Shown piece after piece: positions 1-16,819 of a DNA stretch of 64,000 nt (within the stretch, counting starts at the first letter, position 1; every line of letters starts with the position of its first letter). The notes beneath the pieces were generated by a model. The model had not been told where the DNA came from. It did no database searches and saw nothing but the letters and a program-made list of their open reading frames with translations. Made by a program: the position numbers and the translations under genes. Source of the stretch: the human T2T-CHM13v2.0 reference genome, Homo sapiens; NCBI RefSeq assembly GCF_009914755.1, contig NC_060929.1; one strand, given 5' to 3'.

Positions 1-215
1 ACATGATGAAACCCCTTCTCTAGTAAAAATACAAAAAATTAGCCAGGCATGGTGGTGGGTGCCTGTAATCCACCCACCCATTGAGGCAGGAGAATTGCTA
101 GAACCCGGAAGGCAGAGGTTGCGGTGAGCCGAGATCATGCCATTGACTCCAGCCTGGGCAACAAGAGTGAAACTCAATCTTAAAAAAAAAAAGAGAGAAA
201 AGAAAGAAAGAAAAA
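1..215 (+). mobile_element. Alu (AluS-like), 5' part outside the window
   Basis: Alu linker and right arm followed by an A-rich tail. Confidence 0.9.
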
Positions 216-1636
216 ACCACGTGCATCTTAGGCTACTGATCAGAGAAAGGAAAAGTGTCTACAGAAACTTGATTGCTTGCAGAAATGACTGTTCCCTTCT
301 AATTAAGAAAATAAAAATCACATAATTTTTATTTCTTTTTCACTTCTTTCCCTCTTTGCTTGTCTATGGAGTCAGTGAGAACACAGAGGGCTAAAAGGAG
401 AAAACTTAGAAATGCAGGTAGGTTGAAGGCAGACAAAAGAGTTTTTACCCATACTATACAAAACCCAAAAATATCAGTTGGATTAAATAAGTAAATATAA
501 ATTAAACCATAAAGAACTAGAGTAAAACAAAAGTGCATGTCCATTATGGGGAGAAGGATTTTCTAAGCTTAAAGGCAATAAATTAAAGCACAAATAATGG
601 AATAGATTTGATTACATAAATTTATTTTATATCCCCAAATTAAAAGGCAAAACATTGCCAAAAATATTAACAGAAAGTACAATAAAAGATTATTTGAATT
701 ACATAAAGAAATCATACAAATAGATAAGAAAAATACTCAAGCTCCAAGACATATGAACAGATGATTCACCAACCAATTTTTAAATGTTGAGGAAAATGTT
801 CAACTTCATTAGTAATCAGAAGTAGAAACTTGAAACAATTAGATACCATTTGTTACTTATTACATTATTAAGAAGTTTGAAAAATTCCAATTTTTAGTTC
901 TTATAAAGATGTGCAGTAACACTTTCTCTCCACTCCTTTTTCCATTCTTGGGGAGCTCTGATGACTTGATGTTTCTAGCCTTTCTATACCGGATCCCTCT
1001 TTTTTCGGGGAAAATATTTACCCGGTAAATGAACTGAAAGGGTACACCGGGCATGCATAAATCATTCCTGTTCTCTTTTCTTCTTCTTGGATCAAACTCT
1101 TCACCCGGAGCCCCTGCTCTACTCCTGCTGGTGTGACAGGGAGGCCTGCCCTGGGTTTAATTCTGCAGGTCTGTAGAAGATGCATATTTGCCTGGAGATA
1201 CAAATATATTTCTAATATGAGATTTATTAGTGATAAATAGGATATTTTGGTCTCCATTTGCCTTCTTCTATGTTTCATACCTCTATTGCTTTAAATATTG
1301 GCTTCAAAGAGGAATATTATTTATTAATGACCATCAAAATTCAACACTGTGCCATTGTGTACCCGAAGCGTTAAAGATGTTTAAAGTGTTTTCTCCATTC
1401 CTGGAAATTACATTTAGACAAAGCCATATGCACTAATATCTTCATTATATTTTTATTAGTAATGATATAATAATGGTTATGAACCTATGCTCCATGTACT
1501 AATGAAGTTGTCCTTAAAAGGCAAAAATCAAAATGTAAAAGAATATACATACTTCAATTATTCAACCAATATTTTTTAGCAACTATTATGAACCAAGTAC
1601 TTTGCTATATAAAGTAAAATACAAAGAAAAAAGACT

Positions 1637-1970
1637 GGGCCAGACATAGTGGCTCATGCTTGTTATCCCAGCACTTTGGGAGGCCAAGTCAGGAGGATTG
1701 CTTGAGAAGTTTGAGACCAACCTGGGCAACATAGTGAGACCCCATTTCTAAAAAAAATTTTTTTTAATTAGCTGGGCATGGTGGTGTATCCCTGTAGTCT
1801 CAGCTACTTGGAAGGTTGAGAAGGGAGGATCCCTTGAGCCCAGGAATTCAAGGTTGTATTGAGCTATGATTGCACAATCCCACTCCAGCCTGGTTGACAG
1901 AGTGAGACCCTGTCTGAAGGAAAAAAAAAAAAAAAAGAAGAAGAAAGGAAAAGAAAATAAAGAAAAAAAG
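1637..1970 (+). mobile_element. AluJ-like
   Basis: Dimeric Alu with J-type GAGCCCAGGA. AAAAAAGACT flanks both ends. Confidence 0.9.
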
Positions 1971-2069
1971 ACTAGAAGGAAATATATCAAAATTCTTAAT
2001 GTATATTTTTAAGTAGTGGTACAAAGTCTATATCTTCTTTCTGATTATACGCATCTTTGTGTCTTTTAA

Positions 2070-3365
<1,296 letters not shown>

Positions 3366-3934
3366 TTATATGCCAAAATAAATTCAAGAGGAAGTAAAAC
3401 ACATACACCAGGAGACAGAAAGAGAAAGAGAGAGAGAGAGAGAAATAATATAACTATTAAGAGCAAATGTGGTGTAGCAGTTAGGATTAGTTTAGGTTAG
3501 CGTATTTTTAAAATATTCAAAATAAAAGTGACTTAAATATGGTAGCAATTATATTCCTCTCATAAAAAGAAGCCTGGACGTAGGGAGTCAGGGCTGTGGA
3601 GGTAGCTTTACTGTGACATTAAGGATCTAGGATCATATCTTCTATTCTGCCCCCTTAGCCTGGAACATTGGCAAGGTCTCTCATAGTTCAATATGGCTGC
3701 TAGATCCAGCCGTTTCAGGAGCAGGAACAAGAGAAGGAAGTCTTTTAAGGTTTCCCAGAATTCCCACCCCACATTTCTGTTTATTTCTCACTGGCCAAAA
3801 GAAGACAACAAAAATTACATGCTCACATGGTCACAACCTGATGCAAGGATGTGACCCATTAGAAATAAGCATTCTGTATCTAAAGAGGGCAGAATATTGG
3901 AGTTATAGCCTCTGCAACAAAATGGGTGAATTTT

Positions 3935-4330
3935 AAAATGTGGCACATATACACCATGGAATACTATGCAGCCATAAAAAATGATGAGTTCATGTCCTTT
4001 GTAGGGACATGGATGAAATTGGAAATCATCATTCTCAGTAAACTATCGCAAGGACAAAAAAACAAACACCGCACGTTCTCACTCATAGGTGGGAATTGAA
4101 CAATGAGAACACATGGACACAAGAAGGGGAACATCACACTCTGGGAACTGTTCTGGGGTGGGGGGACGGGGGAGGGATAGCATTAGGAGATATACCTAAT
4201 GCTAAATGACGAGTTAATGGGTGCAGCACACCAGCATGGCACATGTATACATATGTAACTAACCTGCACATTGTGCACATGTACCCTAAAACTTAAAGTA
4301 TAATAATAATAAAAAATAAATTTAAAAAAA
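3935..4330 (+). mobile_element. Young 5'-truncated L1PA (PA2-PA4-like) 3' end
   Basis: Near-consensus primate L1 3'UTR with G-tract, GACGAGTTAATGGGTGCAGCACACC and TACCCTAAAACTTAAAGTATAATAA tail. Confidence 0.93.
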
Positions 4331-4752
4331 GGTTAATTTACCGAAAAAAAAAATCTCAAAGTGGGGAAAGATTTTATAAGAATAACAGAATACTAAGAAG
4401 TTATAGAAGAGAAAATATTTATTTTGCATATATAATTTTAAAAATTGCATTAAAAAATCACCATGAACTAAGTCAAAAGACAAAATATATTGTTATTTAT
4501 ATCATAGAAGAGGACTAATTTCTATACATATAAGTAATTCCTACAAATTAATAAGAAAAAGCACAAAGAAATATAAAATAACAGCAAATGGCCAAAAAGA
4601 AGTAAATGCTCAAAAGGGTTAAATAAGATAAATCAAAATATATTATATATTATAAATATTTATTACATACCTATCTAATATATTATGTTTATATTAGAAA
4701 TCTTTATTAGAAATATAAAAATAAAACACGTTTGACAGTCCTTTAGAAACTA

Positions 4753-5151
<399 letters not shown>

Positions 5152-5169
5152 TTATAAGACCTATATACA

Positions 5170-5538
5170 CTAGAGCAGTGGTTATTAGTCCTGGCTAAAC
5201 CTAGAATTACAGATACAGTTGCCAGATTTAACAAACGAAAACATAAGATGTCCAGTTAAATTTAAATTTCAAATAAATAGCAAATAACTTTTTAGTTTAA
5301 GTATGTCTCATGCAATATCTCCTATACAATATTTGGGACATACTTATATGAAAATATTATTTGTTTTCTCTAAAATTTACATCTAACTGATGTTTTACAC
5401 TTTATCTGACAATGCCTGGGCTCTACTACAAGCCAAATAAATCAGAATCTCTGGGGTTGTGGCCTGGGCATTGTTTTGAAAAACTCCCCAGGTTAGAATC
5501 ACTCGATGCATAGCTAGGATTGAGAACCACTGCTCTAG
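5170..5538. mobile_element. MER5-like hAT element containing a nested palindromic MER53 (~5215-5414)
   Basis: Outer inverted ends CTAGAGCAGTGGTT / AACCACTGCTCTAG and AATCAGAATCTCTGGGG. Inner GTTGCCAGAT...CCAGTTAAATTT...AAGTATGTC...GGGACATACTT...ATCTGACAA. Confidence 0.8.
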
Positions 5539-7029
5539 AAAATGATAATTTTAGATGATTAATTAGGGTAAATTGGCATCAGGAGAATTGACTTTAGGTG
5601 AATTGGTATCAAGGTGAACTAAATTCCTGTCATCATCTTAGCATGTTATTTAACAAAAGCTTGTTCATCCCTCTAGGTCCATATATCATGTCCTTCTAGG
5701 AACCTAATCCATTTTGTAATCATTACTTACAAGGTCCCACTTTGAATTTGGCATCTGCCTCTGGCTGCCTTCTTTGCATAAGTGAGGTCTCTTCTGAGAG
5801 CAGTTTGCTTGTCTTGCATGTTAGCCAACGCCTGGAATTGAAGATGTGAACATGCTTATCTTGAAGGTTAAAGTTGAAGCGCCCTGGTTTCGAATCAGCA
5901 ATGACTCGGAAGTCCCTTTTAATGCTTTCAGGCAGTTTTATTTTTCACTTGCATAGATGAGGAAATTGTAGGTAAGAATAATTTGATGAGTTTTAGGTGT
6001 TACGGACATAACCAAAGGCAAATTCAAGTATCTTAACCCTTAATAAATTAAGTTGGTTTAAGAAAAGATATTATGGTGAAAGTCTCCAATTTTGGTAAGT
6101 GTTGTTTATAAAAACAGGTAGACAAACTTACATCTCCAGACTTCTTTCAAAACAAAATGTCACCTTAGAGCACTTCTTTCTTCTTCTGTGCAGCTAAAGT
6201 GCTATCTGTCTCCTCATCAGTTCCAAATGACCAATGTGGCAGAGAAGAATGGGCTGTTATTTGATGCCAAATTGAATCTGCAGAGACTCAGTGAACTAGG
6301 ACCAGAGAATTATTACAGTGACTCAATATGTGTGTGTCTATTTGTGATTTTTAACATTGATAGTAGCAAGGCTTACTTTTAATTTCCTCTTAAATATTAG
6401 GCTGTTTCAAAATGTCCACAGTTACTGATTAGGCCATTGTGTTTCTGATCTTGGTGATAAAAAGTAGCGAATTTTTAAACTTAAAAAAAAAATTCATTTG
6501 GGAGGTTCTAACTGAACTTTCCATATTTCAAGAGTACCCATCCTAGCCACAGGAAAACATGAATATTCTTCAGCTCAGAGCTAAATTTTAGTCATGCTTA
6601 TCGCCCTTTGGTTTTCTCAGGCCACTGCCCCATGTGAGAGCTAGCAGCATCAGCAGCACAACTATCATCCCAATATTCTGATCATCTGAGAAGCAAGGGC
6701 TTCAGGAATGGATTTGTTTTCAAAAAGCGTACAAAGCCAGAAACTTGATTCCTCCATTTATGGATAATATCCAGGACAGATGGAAAGAAACACACCAGAC
6801 AGCAAATGCCCTTGTCTCTGGTCTCCATATCTGCATTGGCACAGGTCAAACACAGTCTCTATGTGGCCCTGGGCTTAAAGGAAAACATCAGTTTTAGCTA
6901 AGCGAGAGCCCCAGAATTCAGTATATTTGTGACACGATCCAAATCCTTCACCCCCAACTTATAGCCTTACCATCACTATGTGACCATCAACATTAAGGTC
7001 GTGGTTTATGCCAGTTTCCAAAAGTTCAG

Positions 7030-8680
7030 AACTCCCCGACCATCTCCTTTCACTCAGAGAGTAAATCCCATGTTGTTCTGTAGATTTTTTTTACGCTATT
7101 TCTATCTTTCCTTAACTCCTGAAGCCTTTGTATTATGCCCTGTGGTCAGTCATTAGCAAAATTCCCTATGTTTGCAGCCTCTTTTCTGAAAATTTGCTGT
7201 CTTTGTTTAAACCGAACACTGGTTCTCCCTAAGGAGATTATTTCCATTATTCTTCTCAAAATGTAGCTGTGATTTTTCCTTAGCCTTTAATCCCACTGGG
7301 CCTAGAAGTAAGAAATTATCTTCCCTGCTCCTTCCAGATCATCCTACCACTTGCCACTTCTGTATCACCCTACCTTGCCCCCCACCTTGCCACTTCCAGA
7401 TCTCCCTATCTCCCTTCTGCCTAACAACATTCAGCTTAGAATCTCATGCGGTCAAATTTTAACACCCACTACCTCTCCTTGTAGCAGTCATCTCCTGATC
7501 CCATGTCACTCACTGTCATTTCTTGATGATTTTACCTGCTGGCTCAATATCTTCTCTAGTACTATTCTAAACATAATACTTGGTGATTTCAATATCCACA
7601 TAGATGTTTCTTCTAACAGCCTACCTTCTCCATTCCTTGACCTTCTCTCCTTGAATTACCCAGTGCTCTACTGACCTCAGCTACCTACTCCCATCTAAGG
7701 TCAAATATCTTTATGTTATCAGTGACTGCAACACTTTCCTAATTTCTAAGTATCAATTTCAAGCATCAAACTTTCTAATTGCCCCCTACAATTTTCCCAG
7801 CTTACTCCCTCTAAGACCCGAAAATAATGCCAACCATTCCAATACATAAAATCTATTAGTCCTACCATCTTTTCGTCATCCCTACCACCTTCATGTCCTA
7901 ATTCTTTTTATCCAGTGAAAAGTCTGGGGTCAATCATTATAATCACTGCATTTTATATACCTTAAAATCCATGATCCTCCCTCACTTTAATATACTTGCT
8001 TATAAAAATCCGAAGCTTCATAAATCAAAAACTAGATTTATAAATTCAAAGACTTGTAAACCTAAAACTTTGCCCACATCAGGCTTGTATTCACATATGT
8101 TAATGTAGCAGGAGAAAAACATCACAATATTGCTAGCTGTTCTTATTTTATATTTGTGATTACAAATCTCAAGTGGCCCTTAACGTTGTCTGGCAATTAT
8201 ATAGTATTTTCCTAGCCCATTTACTCTCTCGTCTGCATCCATCCTACCTTGACCAATTCCTACATTCTGATGTCTTTCCAACTTTCAGCACTCCTCCCAC
8301 TCCTCCATCAGTAGAGCATCTAACTTCAAATAAATTTGATAAATGAAGTGATCAGAGGAGCTGCCCATAAGTCTTATCTCATTGACCTACTGACCTGCCT
8401 TTGTTCTCTTGTACTGTATGTTATGTTCTGTGACTACTAGATGAACTCCCTGTGTCATGTACTCAAGGACATTGCTTTCTACCACCACTGTATTATCAAT
8501 TTTCTCTTTCCTACTGGATCTTTCCCATCACCATACAAGCATGTTGTTATTTCTCACATCTTAAAGTAACTATTTATTGACCTCGTTTTTCCTTCCAGCT
8601 ACTGCACATTTCTCTCTTCTTTATACAAAAAATTCCTTGAAAGTGTTCCCTATACTGACTATCTCCAATTCCTCCTCTAA
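7030..8680 (+). mobile_element. Ancient L2 ORF2 fragment
   Basis: Residual frame encodes IILGDFNIHID (APE endonuclease GDFN motif). Pyrimidine-rich L2-like context. Confidence 0.7.
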
Positions 8681-8699
8681 TTTCTGTTTTATAGTTTAA

Positions 8700-9068
<369 letters not shown>

Positions 9069-9445
9069 AAGTTTTAAGATAATTATATTTAAACAATTAG
9101 TACTCATAGCTACTTGGCTGTAGGTTCAAATGACTTCATTTGAAACCACTATTCTTCATTTTAGAAATTAGTACTTGGCCTGAAAAGATCATTGCAATGC
9201 TCAATTTTATTTATTTTAAAAAGTTCAAACCTATAGAAAAGTCAACAGAATAGTAAAATAAACCTCTATACTCCTTTCATCAAGATTCACCATTTAACAT
9301 TGGCCACATTTACTTCTCTCTTTCTCTCTCCCTTAACCTTTCCTTCCCTGTCTCCCTTTCTGTCCTTCACTCTCTTCCTTCCTCTCTGTGTAATTTTTGG
9401 TGTATCATTTCAAAGTATGTTTTAGACATGACACATCACTGCTAA

Positions 9446-10331
<886 letters not shown>

Positions 10332-10431
10332 TGAAGTGTAATTTTTAGAATTGCTTTAGTGTATGGTCTGTTGGTGGCAAACTCGTTTTTTGGGGTCTGA
10401 AAATGTCTTTATTTCATATTTGCTTTTGAGG

Positions 10432-11081
<650 letters not shown>

Positions 11082-11099
11082 TAAATTTTTTAAAAAAAT

Positions 11100-11900
11100 T
11101 TACCTTTCCTATGGTGCTGAAGTCTGTCACCACTTTAAGAAATCTCTCTTCTATATCTATTTTAAGATAATCTTTCTCATTTTCACTGTCCTGCAATTAT
11201 ACTATGCTATATGTATGTGATTATTTGTTTTTATCTTATATGAGATTCATTTGGTTTCTGAATTTGTGATTTGGTATTATGAAAAATTCTAATTAATTAT
11301 CTCTTTAAATGTTGCTTCTACTCCTCTTTTATCCTTCAGAGACTGCAATTATACCTATGTTTATCATTTCACTCCATTTTCTATGTCTTTTAAACTCTTT
11401 TTATAATCTCTATCTTTTTTCTGTCTTTCCTACAGTCTGCCTGTCTTCTAGTCTATTATTCTTTTTCATTCATGTCTGATTTGTTCTTAAACCTACTAAC
11501 TGAATTTTAAACTTTTATTTATTACATTTTTGTATTTGTAGTTTTATGTGCTCTTCATCCAAATATGCTTGCTCATTCCTCATGATGTTTTCCCTCTGCT
11601 TATTTTCAAACTCATCTTTTATTTCTTTAAATATATTAAATATAATCTTTTTATATTGTATTCAATAATTTCATTATCTGAAGTCACTGTATGCCTGCTT
11701 CAGTTGTTTTTATTTCTGCTGGATCTCAATCTAGTATCTTGTGACATTGGTTTTTTTTATGGTAAATCGCTCACTTTCCTTAGAATTCTATATTTAGAAA
11801 TTATTTGAAGCCTGGGTTAAAGGTGGATTATTCTAGAGATAATTTGTACTTGCTTTGTCCAGGCTCCAGGGGTACTACAAGTTTGAGATCAACATAAAGT
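11100..11900 (-). mobile_element. Old L1 5'/ORF1-region remnant
   Basis: Very T-rich decayed sequence resembling antisense L1M. Subfamily not determined. Confidence 0.45.
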
Positions 11901-12941
11901 TATATTTTCAACTTGAAGTTTTGTTTCTTTTCCCAACTATCCATGTCTAGTGAATACAAGCTTCAAAACTACATGAGAATAAATAATATACCTATGTACC
12001 CACAAAAATTAAAAATTAAAAAAATAAGATACAATATTTCAATTAAGGAAAAAAAAAAAACCCTACATGAAAGCCACAAGCGGTTCCAGATCCCTAGTTG
12101 TGATCCCTATTCCCCACCATCCTGCCCCTACAGTTAGTCTCAGGAACAGTCAGATTTTTCAGCTAGGGATTTTTGGTAGTCCCTGGGTGGAAGTCATATC
12201 TAGTTCACTTAACACTAAGTTATATTCATCTCAGGGTCTCTCCTTTGATGAATCTCCTACTAGACTTCCTACACTAGTTGATTCAAAATCTTTTCACCTG
12301 GTCTTTGTGCTCAGGATGCGAAAACTGAAGCTCAATTACTGAACATTGGAGACGAATGGATATGAACCAACTACGGATACATGCAATAAGGTGGATGAAT
12401 CTCAAAGCATTATGCTAAATGAAAAATGCTAGCTGCAAAAGGTACCTACTGTGTGACTCCATTTAAACAGGGATAGAAATCAGATCAGTTTTATCAGAAG
12501 CTGCAGGTGGGGTAAAGGATTAAATACAAAGAGGCATGAAAGAACTTTTCGGGGTAATGAAAATATTCTATATTTTTATTGTGGTGGTAGTTAAATGACT
12601 ATGTATGTTCGTCAAAACTTGTCAGACTGTACCCTTAAAATAATGAGTTTTATTGCATGGAAATTGTATCTTCATATACTCAAATGTAAATGAAACCAGC
12701 TGAATACACACACACATGTACATGTGCACATACCAGAAATTCAAATGTATCCAGTCCTATAAATATCCCAGCTGGTATCAGTGATCTGATGATCTCTCCA
12801 GTTCCCAGAAAGCAGAAATTTTTGTCAATCATTCACTGCTGTATCCCCAATACCTAGAACAATCCTAAAATGTCATAGGTCCTTTATAAATATTTATTGA
12901 CTAAACAAATGGATTTCTAAGCAGTGGCCCTCAAACTTTTA

Positions 12942-13307
<366 letters not shown>

Positions 13308-13888
13308 TTATCATAATGAGAAAAGCACTAGACTTGAGTCAGAATCTGATTTCCAGGACTTTTTTTTTTTTTGCTAACTTGAGGTGTAATATTGGACATT
13401 CTACTTTTCTGGCCTTCAGTTTCCTTATATGTAAAATTAAAACTATACCGGGTCTCTCTTTTGCACAGAAAAAAAATTATAATTTAAACTCTGCATAACA
13501 CCTAATTATGTGTTTTCATTTACCTCTTCCACACCCAGATTTCCAGGAATAATAAGAGAATGAATCATCAGTTAGGTGTTATCTTGAGTTTATTAAATCT
13601 TAGAAAAATTGAATTTCTTTCAGTTATACTCAGAGCATATTAGAAATAAAGCATCACTTATTAAATATTTCTTGATAAATTATTATATTCATCATGATTC
13701 ATATTATGGAATTGGAATAAGAGGAAATGCTTAATCTGTACAGAAACCCCTTAGAGCCTCATGAGAGTGAATTAATGAAAAATTGGAGTGGTTAGGCAAT
13801 CTTGGAAGAGTTAGAGAATAATACTTTTAAAATGTTCGAAAATTATCTGAAAAGAATTTCAAAAATATTACTAAAATTGATTATCACC

Positions 13889-14089
13889 TTATGATAGTGC
13901 TTATCTGTATTAGCTAATATTTCTCTAATTATTATATATTATATAATATTTTTGTAATTTATATATTGTATATTTTTATAATTTATATATTAGGTAATAT
14001 ATTTTTATAATTTATATATTATATATTTTTATAGTTTATATATTATATAATAGAGAAATATTAGCTAATACAGATAAGCACTATCATAA
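13889..14089. repeat. AT-rich palindrome: perfect 39-bp inverted arms around a 123-bp AT-rich tandem spacer
   Basis: 13889-13927 TTATGATAGTGCTTATCTGTATTAGCTAATATTTCTCTA is the exact reverse complement of 14051-14089. Confidence 0.95.
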
Positions 14090-15299
14090 TATTTATTAGC
14101 TAATGAATACTGATTACTACACAAAAATAAATAGCCTTTACAAGCAAAAAATAAAATCTGACAATGAATAATCAATTTTTAAGGTGGTTTGAAGGTCACT
14201 AAGAAGTATTAAAGCAAGTCACCCTAAAGGAGAGAAAAATAATGATAAATTTTATTCCCTTTTCCACAGTGTTCTTCAAATGCACTATCCTTTCATTGCT
14301 TCTAAATCTTTGTACAAGCTTTTTGCAATTGTTTTCCTTCCTCTTTGCTTAGATAACTCTTCATCTTTCAGAGCCCAGCCTTTCCCAGCCTCCCATTTCC
14401 CATCTGTAGTTTTGAGTTCTTCTATTACCCTGTATTCTTATGCTGGCGGTCTGTAACATATTTGCTGTAACAATTTTTTTGTCTGTCTTACCCATTAGGA
14501 TCTAAGTTTTGTGAGGCTAGGATGGGATCCATCTCATTCGACATTACATTTTCTGACTCCAGGAGAGGCCAAACATAGGAGATGCCTAATAATATTTAGT
14601 AACTGAATGACTAGAGTGGTGATTGAGTGTTAGGTAAAAAACAATCTTTAGAAGAGAAGTCCCTTGATTGAACAATGCTGTGGAAAAGAGCTGGCTCAGG
14701 TGACAGCATTCTAAAGCTCCTTTACTGGGCCCATCAGATGGAACTGAGCTTTGTAGAGTGGACAATTTGCAAGATTAGGAGACCTAGTAATTACAACAAT
14801 TATTGGAAACAGCCTCATCATGGTACAAACACAAGTAATAAAAGAACTCTTTTGCAAACATCAGTGCATCATATGGAGTCCTCAGTAAAATAGGAAGTTT
14901 AACAAAGAGCTCTTCACAAAGGAAGCTTATTTTTCTATTTTGAGGCCCAGAGTAGGTATTTGTAATATCTCAGAAGAAGGGAAGAATTTAAAACTATTAT
15001 TTTCATTGTTACAAATCATAGAATTAAATAGTATCTTCAGAGCTATGAAGAAATTATGACTCAATATTCCCTTTAGGCAGCCATCATTACAGTAAAACAA
15101 TCTATATACTTTGATCTACTAATACTAAGAAATAGTGAATTTAGAAGTTAATTAATTATATGCATATAGACCATCAATCTTAGCAATTCATATGACCTCT
15201 ACTTCAAGTAGCATTATTTACAATGAACTCAAGCTCTGTAATATTTTCATAATGGATTATCATATTAGATCAGGTTTTTATTTTACTACTTCATTGAAT

Positions 15300-16250
15300 C
15301 TGCTCTGCCAAGGTCACAAGAGGTTTCCATCTTTCTATCTCAAGCCTCATTTTACTAAACTAAAGCAGTATTTCCTTTCTCCTTCAAACAGTTTCTCCAC
15401 ATGGTTCTCAGGGGACATTCTTTCCTGGATTTCCTCCTACCACACTGGTCATTCCCTCCTTCAGTCTCCTTTGCTGGCTTCTTTCCATTTTCTAGACCTC
15501 TAAAGCTGATGTGTGCTAGGATTCACCATCTTCTCTATCTACGTGAATTTTCCAGGTGACCTCATTTCATTGCTTTATAGTTTTCCTAATCTTTACTTTA
15601 AAATTCATATTTGTAGATATAGTATCTCCTCTAAGTCCCCAGATCCAAATATTCATTTGCCCACTTGATATGACTTAGATGTTTAACAAGCATTTTAAAT
15701 TTAGCATGTCCAAAATAAAATTGTTGATTTTTCCATTCCAAAACTAACCCTAACTTTCCTCATGTTAGTAATGACACCACCAATCACTAAGATATTCAAA
15801 ACAGAGAGCATTCTTTTTTTATTATTTCATTTTCCATTAAATCCATCATGAAATCATGCCAATTAAAAAAAAAAGTTCCAGACCCAACCAATTTTTTAAA
15901 CTTCTTCAGCACCCCTACCCTTGTACAAACTACCATTATCTTTGGCCTGCATTATTGCCATGAGCTTCTAATGAATTTCCCTTCTTCTACCCATACAACA
16001 GCCAGACTTATCTTTTTATAATGTAAATCAAATCTCCATTAAAAACCCTTAATTGGTTTCTCATCATCCCCCTTCTCCTTTATAACATTTGCCACTATTT
16101 CATATAATATTGTGTATCTATTTTTGGGCTCCCTAAAGGCAGGGGTTCCCTAATAATGCATACCATATATTATTGATGCTATATGCCCAGAGTCTAGTGT
16201 CTGGCACTTCATAGGTGCTCAATAAATATCTGCTGAATAAATGAATAAAT
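15300..16250 (+). mobile_element. L2 3' fragment
   Basis: TTTCCTCCTACCACACTGG... and terminal GTGCTCAATAAATATCTGCTGAATAAATGAATAAAT. Confidence 0.7.
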
Positions 16251-16819
16251 TAACAAGTATTTTAAATTTTCTGGTATCTGGTATTACAACCCGGCAAAAG
16301 AGAAATAAGCAATGATTATTTGATGACAGATAACTGTTTTTCTAGCTACATCATAGGATCAGACTTACAGCCCCATGTACCATATTTTTTCTCATGTGAC
16401 TGTAACAAATTCTAACTCTTTATTCTAGAGTATTTTTGCTTCAGCTTCATGAGTCCTATGATGTGCTATTTTCCATGAAGTGGCAATTTATGAACTATCC
16501 TTTTAACGCCAATAAAACATAAAGTTATATTATGAAGATATATGTATATACATATATGAAGCTATATAGGGTAGAGTGTAAATTTTTACAATCAATTTAC
16601 AGATATGGGCCTATATGACATATATGGGCCCATATCTGTAGGCATGATTTTTTATAGTGAGTTAGTATGATGGAGAAGTTGAAAAAAATCTATGCTAATA
16701 TCTCTTCAGAAATTTCTCTACTGCCGAGACATAATATATATTTTTATATGAGCAAGAACGATAAAAAGCAAACAGGGCTGTTAAGTATCAAAGCAGAGTC
16801 TAAATTTTTATAATTTACT

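Noticed and set aside
7351-7674. 107-aa ORF with an IILGDFNIH endonuclease motif
   Set aside because: Residual frame of a dead L2 ORF2. It has a non-ATG start and is surrounded by decayed L2.
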